Below are positions 60,154 through 64,000 of a stretch of DNA of 64,000 nucleotides, in pieces. The translations under genes were made by a program, and so were the position numbers. Location of the stretch: NCBI GenBank assembly GCA_023254055.1, contig JALQYN010000022.1, forward strand, positions 15,263 through 79,262, given 5' to 3'. Each line of letters starts with the position of its first letter. The first letter of the stretch is position 1. Below the pieces are notes generated by a model. The model did no database searches, was not told the origin of the DNA, and saw only the letters and a program-made list of their open reading frames with translations. Source of the DNA: Polaribacter sp. Its GTDB lineage: Bacteria > Bacteroidota > Bacteroidia > Flavobacteriales > Flavobacteriaceae.

Positions 60154-60170
60154 AATCCTGCCACCCCGAC
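60154..60170 (+). repeat. 17-bp direct repeat of the tRNA-Pro 3' end (att core)
   Basis: AATCCTGCCACCCCGAC identical to 59977-59993. Confidence 0.9.
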
Positions 60171-60386
60171 GAACCTAGAAATAGGAAATATTAAAACACT
60201 GTTAACTGTATGGTTTTCAGTGTTTTTTATTTTTTATGATATCAATTGAAATCATCTAACATCATAAAAAAGGTGTGCAATCAGGTGTGCATTTTCTTCA
60301 CTAAATTATTGTAATTTTAAAGAGCTTTTAAGAGCAATTTGACTTTCGTCTTTACAAGAATATTTGTTTAACTAAAGACGTGTAAC

Positions 60387-61637
60387 ATGCAGACAAACAA
60401 CACTTTTTCGATTATTTTCTTCACAAGAAAATCTCGTAATGCTAAAAACCAATTATCTATTTATGTTAGAATAACCATTAATAAGCAACGCTCTGAAATT
60501 AGCCTAAAACGAAACGTATCTTTCAAACAATGGGATAACAATAAGAATCGTGGACGAGGAACTTCAGCAAAAATTAGGATTCTAAACAACTATCTTGATT
60601 ATGTCTATAATAAACTATTAGATTCCCATAAACAGTTATTAGAAGAAGATAAAATCATTTCTGCATCTACAGTAAAAGATCGCTATCTTGGTAAAGATGA
60701 TAATCAAAAAACACTAAAAGAGCTTATTGATTATCATAACTCCAATATGGTTACTGTATTGAAATATGGTACAATGAAGAACTATTATACTACCGAAAAG
60801 TATTTAGTCAAATATTTGATTAAAAAATTAAAAGTACATGATATTTATCTAAAGCAACTAAACTATAGATTCATCATTGATTTTGAACAATATTTAAGAA
60901 CCTATAAGAATTCTAAAAAACAATTAGTTTTAGCCAATAATGGAGTAATGAAACATTTAGAGCGTTTTAAAAAAATGATTAACCTCGCTATTAAATTAGA
61001 ATGGATGGTTAAGAACCCTTTCAGTCAATTTCAATTAAAGTTTAATAAATATGATAGACAATATCTTTCGGAAAGAGAATTAGAACTTATAGAAAGTACT
61101 CAATATACCAACGAGCGATTAGAAAAGATTAAGGATTGCTTCATTTTTGCTTGTTATACAGGACTATCTTATATAGATGTAAAAGAACTTACCTTAAATC
61201 AAATTACTAAAGGAATAGATAACAATTACTGGATAATTACCAAACGAGAGAAAACCAATGAAACAGTTAAAATTCCTATTCTCCCAAAAGCCTTGGACAT
61301 TATTAATAAGTATAAGAGTACTTCAAAAAACACTTCTAACAAAACCTTATTACCGCTTTGTTCTAATCAAAAGACAAATGCTTATTTAAAAGAAATAGCT
61401 AAGGATTGTGATATTCATAAGAATATAACATTTCATGTTGCTCGACATACGTTTGCAACTACTTTGATGTTGTCTAACGGAGTTCCTATGGAAACTGTTT
61501 CTAAATTATTAGGACATACTAAACTTTCTACTACTCAAATTTATGCTAGAGTAATTGAATCCAAAATTAGTGAAGATATTCAAAATTTACTCAAACGTTT
61601 TGAAGCAAAAAAGCAGAAACAATTATCTGCTATATAG
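60387..61637 (+). CDS. Tyrosine recombinase/integrase (Bacteroidota IntN1/IntDOT-like)
   Basis: N-terminal arm-binding IYVRITIN; YTGLSY (Ser at the first catalytic Arg position), HVARHTFAT, LGH, TQIYA. Confidence 0.93.
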   Translation: MQTNNTFSIIFFTRKSRNAKNQLSIYVRITINKQRSEISLKRNVSFKQWDNNKNRGRGTSAKIRILNNYLDYVYNKLLDSHKQLLEEDKIISASTVKDRYLGKDDNQKTLKELIDYHNSNMVTVLKYGTMKNYYTTEKYLVKYLIKKLKVHDIYLKQLNYRFIIDFEQYLRTYKNSKKQLVLANNGVMKHLERFKKMINLAIKLEWMVKNPFSQFQLKFNKYDRQYLSERELELIESTQYTNERLEKIKDCFIFACYTGLSYIDVKELTLNQITKGIDNNYWIITKREKTNETVKIPILPKALDIINKYKSTSKNTSNKTLLPLCSNQKTNAYLKEIAKDCDIHKNITFHVARHTFATTLMLSNGVPMETVSKLLGHTKLSTTQIYARVIESKISEDIQNLLKRFEAKKQKQLSAI

Positions 61638-61659
61638 CATTTATCATTAAGAAAATCCG

Positions 61660-61749
61660 TTTTTAAAGTGATGGATTCAGGGGCTGGGTATAATTGATAT
61701 CTTTCCATTAATTCTAAGTTAGCGCGAGGAGAATCCATCACTTTAAAAA
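61660..61749. repeat. Perfect 19-bp inverted repeat with 52-bp spacer
   Basis: TTTTTAAAGTGATGGATTC (61660-61678) / GAATCCATCACTTTAAAAA (61731-61749). Confidence 0.85.
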
Positions 61750-61811
61750 TGCAATAAACGAGCCTTAAAGCGAGTGCGTTAGCTATTCACTATGGGGACT
61801 AAATAAAACTA

Positions 61812-62345
61812 TTAGAGAAAGTTTGATTTTAACTCTTCAATTTTTTCTTTTGACATATCTAGTCGGTAATAACTTTTTCCAAATGTATTTTTGATATGAG
61901 ACAGCTTATTTAAGAGGTAGCTAAATTCATTCTTTGTGTCATATAGTTCCTTTCTATATTTATCTAATTCTTTAGCATAGGAATCTAATAATTTTTCAGT
62001 TTCTGTTTTAGAAGCTTCAATCTCTTCTTGAGTTCTTTCAAAATATACAGGTTCTTCTTTTTCTACTTCTTCAAATAAAGACTCTAACATTTCACGAGTT
62101 GGTATCAACTGAGTTTTCTCAATATTTCTTAAAATGTCAATTACTGCTTTTGCTCTCTTATTTAAAGCCCTAGTATAAGACAAAATAGGATTACGCATTG
62201 TATCATAAGGAGACAGTCCAGTATCTTCAAAAAATGCAATCATATAATCCAATGTTTCAGAGTAACTTGGACTAGTCTTTTTTGAATATTCCTTGAATTT
62301 CTCAATGATCTTTTTCTTTAATCGAATCGTATTAAAATCATCCAT
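61812..62345 (-). CDS. BfmA/BtgA family mobilization protein
   Basis: SETLDYMIAFFEDTGLSPY and ILRNIEKTQLIPT motifs; lies next to the integrase. Confidence 0.7.
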   Translation of the reverse strand: MDDFNTIRLKKKIIEKFKEYSKKTSPSYSETLDYMIAFFEDTGLSPYDTMRNPILSYTRALNKRAKAVIDILRNIEKTQLIPTREMLESLFEEVEKEEPVYFERTQEEIEASKTETEKLLDSYAKELDKYRKELYDTKNEFSYLLNKLSHIKNTFGKSYYRLDMSKEKIEELKSNFL

Positions 62346-62473
62346 ATTTTTTTGAATTGTTACAATGAATCCTTGGTTTTACTGGGCTAATTTTCGTTTT
62401 TGATGTAAACTTACTAAAATACAAAATTCCAAAATAGATATATTTAACTGATTTTCAGTTAAATAAACAAAAA

Positions 62474-62504
62474 GTAACATCGCGTAGCGTGTTACCCTCT
62501 TGCT
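62474..62504. other. Putative oriT-like site
   Basis: GTAACA-TCGCGTAGCG-TGTTAC hairpin followed by CCTCTTGCT, upstream of the mobilization gene. Confidence 0.45.
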
Positions 62505-62664
62505 TCACAAAACTTCGTCTTGTAGACTCACTTATCATAAATGAATTTTTATGATACTTAGCGATAAAAATTGGTATACATTACTTAAAAAAATTGGAAC
62601 GTCATATTTCATAAAATCTTAAATAAATTTGTTTGTAACACACCACAACAAAACTGAATTCAAT

Positions 62665-63564
62665 ATGAAAACCATTCAAAAACTATTTTTTATCATCTTA
62701 TTAACAACAACTACTATGGTGCAAGCTCAGAACAAAAAATTAAAAATCTACATTTCTGCCGATATGGAAGGTGTGGTCGGAGCAGTAACAGGCGAACAAT
62801 TGGGTCCCGGAGGGTTTGAATACGAGCGCTTCCGCAAGTTCATGACTGCCGAAGTAAATGCTTGTATAAAAGCAGCTCGTGAAGCAGGAGCAGATGAGAT
62901 TTTGGTTAGTGATTCGCATGGAAACGGGCAGAATATTCTTATTGAGAAACTCCCTGATGATGTGATGATTGTTAGATCTTGGCCACGTATGTTGGGGATG
63001 ATGGAAGGTATTGACGATTCTTTTGATGGAGCTATATTTTTGGGCTATCACGCCAGTACTAATAGTAAAGAAGGAGTTAGAGCACACACCATGTCGAGTG
63101 CCAATATTACCTCTGTTAAAATCAACAATATTGTAATGCCGGAGGCAGGTATTAATGCACTAATTGCTGGGCATTTCAATGTTCCGATCATCCTAATTAC
63201 CGGAGACGATATTGCTGTGAAAGAAACACAAAACCTGCTGGGAGATACAGAAGGTGCCATAGTAAAGTGGGCAAATAGCTTTCATTCGGCAAAAACCCTT
63301 ACTCCGAATGCTGCCTATGAAGTAATCGGCAACAAAACAAAAGCAGCCATCAAAAGAATTAAAGAGTTTAAACCTTACAAACTAAAAGGGCCGTTAACGC
63401 TTGACCTTAGCCTGAAAAACTATCGTCCTGTAGAACTTTTACAACATTACCCAGGAGCAAAACGAATTGATTCGCATACCATTCGTTTCGTTGGGAAAGA
63501 TATTATTGAAATATCTACATTCCTGCGATTTGTAACTGGATATAATATTGCTTTAAAACCCTAA
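62665..63564 (+). CDS. M55 family D-aminopeptidase (DppA-like) with signal peptide
   Basis: ISADMEG, DSHG, GYHA, AHT and TGDD motifs; probable start MKTIQK. Confidence 0.92.
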   Translation: MKTIQKLFFIILLTTTTMVQAQNKKLKIYISADMEGVVGAVTGEQLGPGGFEYERFRKFMTAEVNACIKAAREAGADEILVSDSHGNGQNILIEKLPDDVMIVRSWPRMLGMMEGIDDSFDGAIFLGYHASTNSKEGVRAHTMSSANITSVKINNIVMPEAGINALIAGHFNVPIILITGDDIAVKETQNLLGDTEGAIVKWANSFHSAKTLTPNAAYEVIGNKTKAAIKRIKEFKPYKLKGPLTLDLSLKNYRPVELLQHYPGAKRIDSHTIRFVGKDIIEISTFLRFVTGYNIALKP

Positions 63565-63569
63565 TTAGC

Positions 63570-64000
63570 ATGAAAAAAACAGCGATTGTAATAACAGGAG
63601 GAGATTTACATACCAATTTTGCAAAAACAACCCATGGATTGATTAGAGGGTCAGATCGTTTTAAGTTATTAGCCGTTGTAGATCACAATCATGCAGGTTC
63701 GGATGCAGGAGAAATTCTGGACGGTAAAAAGAGGAATATTCCAGTTATTGGTTCTATAGATGAAGCTACAAAACAATTAAATAATATCGATTGTCTTATC
63801 GTAGGAGTAGCTACCAAAGGTGGAGTTCTATCTGAGATCTTATTAAAAACTATTCGTAAAGCCATTACCTATAAAATCAATATTATAAATGGGTTACATC
63901 ATTTATTGTGCGAACAACAAGATATTGTAAAACTGGCTGAAGAATATGGCGTAGAGTTAATAGATATCCGTAAGCCAAAATCTATCAAAGAGCTGCATTT
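63570..64000 (+). CDS. DUF1611 domain protein (partial, runs off window end)
   Basis: Manual translation MKKTAIVITGG...AKTTHGLIRGSDRF...GVATKGG...INGLH...DIRKP. Confidence 0.8.
   Translation, partial: MKKTAIVITGGDLHTNFAKTTHGLIRGSDRFKLLAVVDHNHAGSDAGEILDGKKRNIPVIGSIDEATKQLNNIDCLIVGVATKGGVLSEILLKTIRKAITYKINIINGLHHLLCEQQDIVKLAEEYGVELIDIRKPKSIKELH

Larger units (their letters stand above)
60154..64000. mobile_element. Left end of a tRNA-Pro-integrated genomic island / mobilizable element, continuing beyond the window
   Basis: att duplicate, IR AAAACACTG/CAGTGTTTT, tandem AGGTGTGCA (60271, 60283), integrase, BfmA/BtgA-like gene, cargo genes. Confidence 0.8.

Noticed and set aside
60387-61637. Integrase apparently inactivated because the first catalytic Arg is Ser (TGLSY)
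   Set aside because: This substitution is a known feature of active IntDOT-like Bacteroidota integrases.

Overview
AT-rich chromosomal segment from a Flavobacteriaceae-like Bacteroidota, judged from gene order and recurring TAnnTTTG -7 promoter boxes. Most of the window is housekeeping: beta-mannosidase, dapA-ftn-bamD-rpoZ-coaBC-DUF4835-recN, ligA, long-type GAPDH, htrA, dapF, mltG, dnaA, ribD, prmC, ahpC-trx, a MarR-led beta-oxidation operon and trxB. Five things stand out. (1) A compact SQR-TusE/DsrC-DsrE sulfur operon behind three stacked palindromic operators. (2) Three families of GTCA-ended palindromic miniature elements, one inserted in frame (72 bp, 24 aa) inside prmC. (3) Head-to-head heptamer and octamer repeat arrays between operon genes and inside prmC. 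(4) A decayed locus at about 36.5-37.8 kb with two frameshifts and an apparent deletion fusion. (5) The left end of an integrative, probably mobilizable element at tRNA-Pro(TGG), with a nearby duplicated att core, a tyrosine integrase, a BfmA/BtgA-like gene, an oriT-like site and D-peptide metabolism cargo. No CRISPR array or rRNA was seen. All family assignments come from motif recognition by eye, not database searches.
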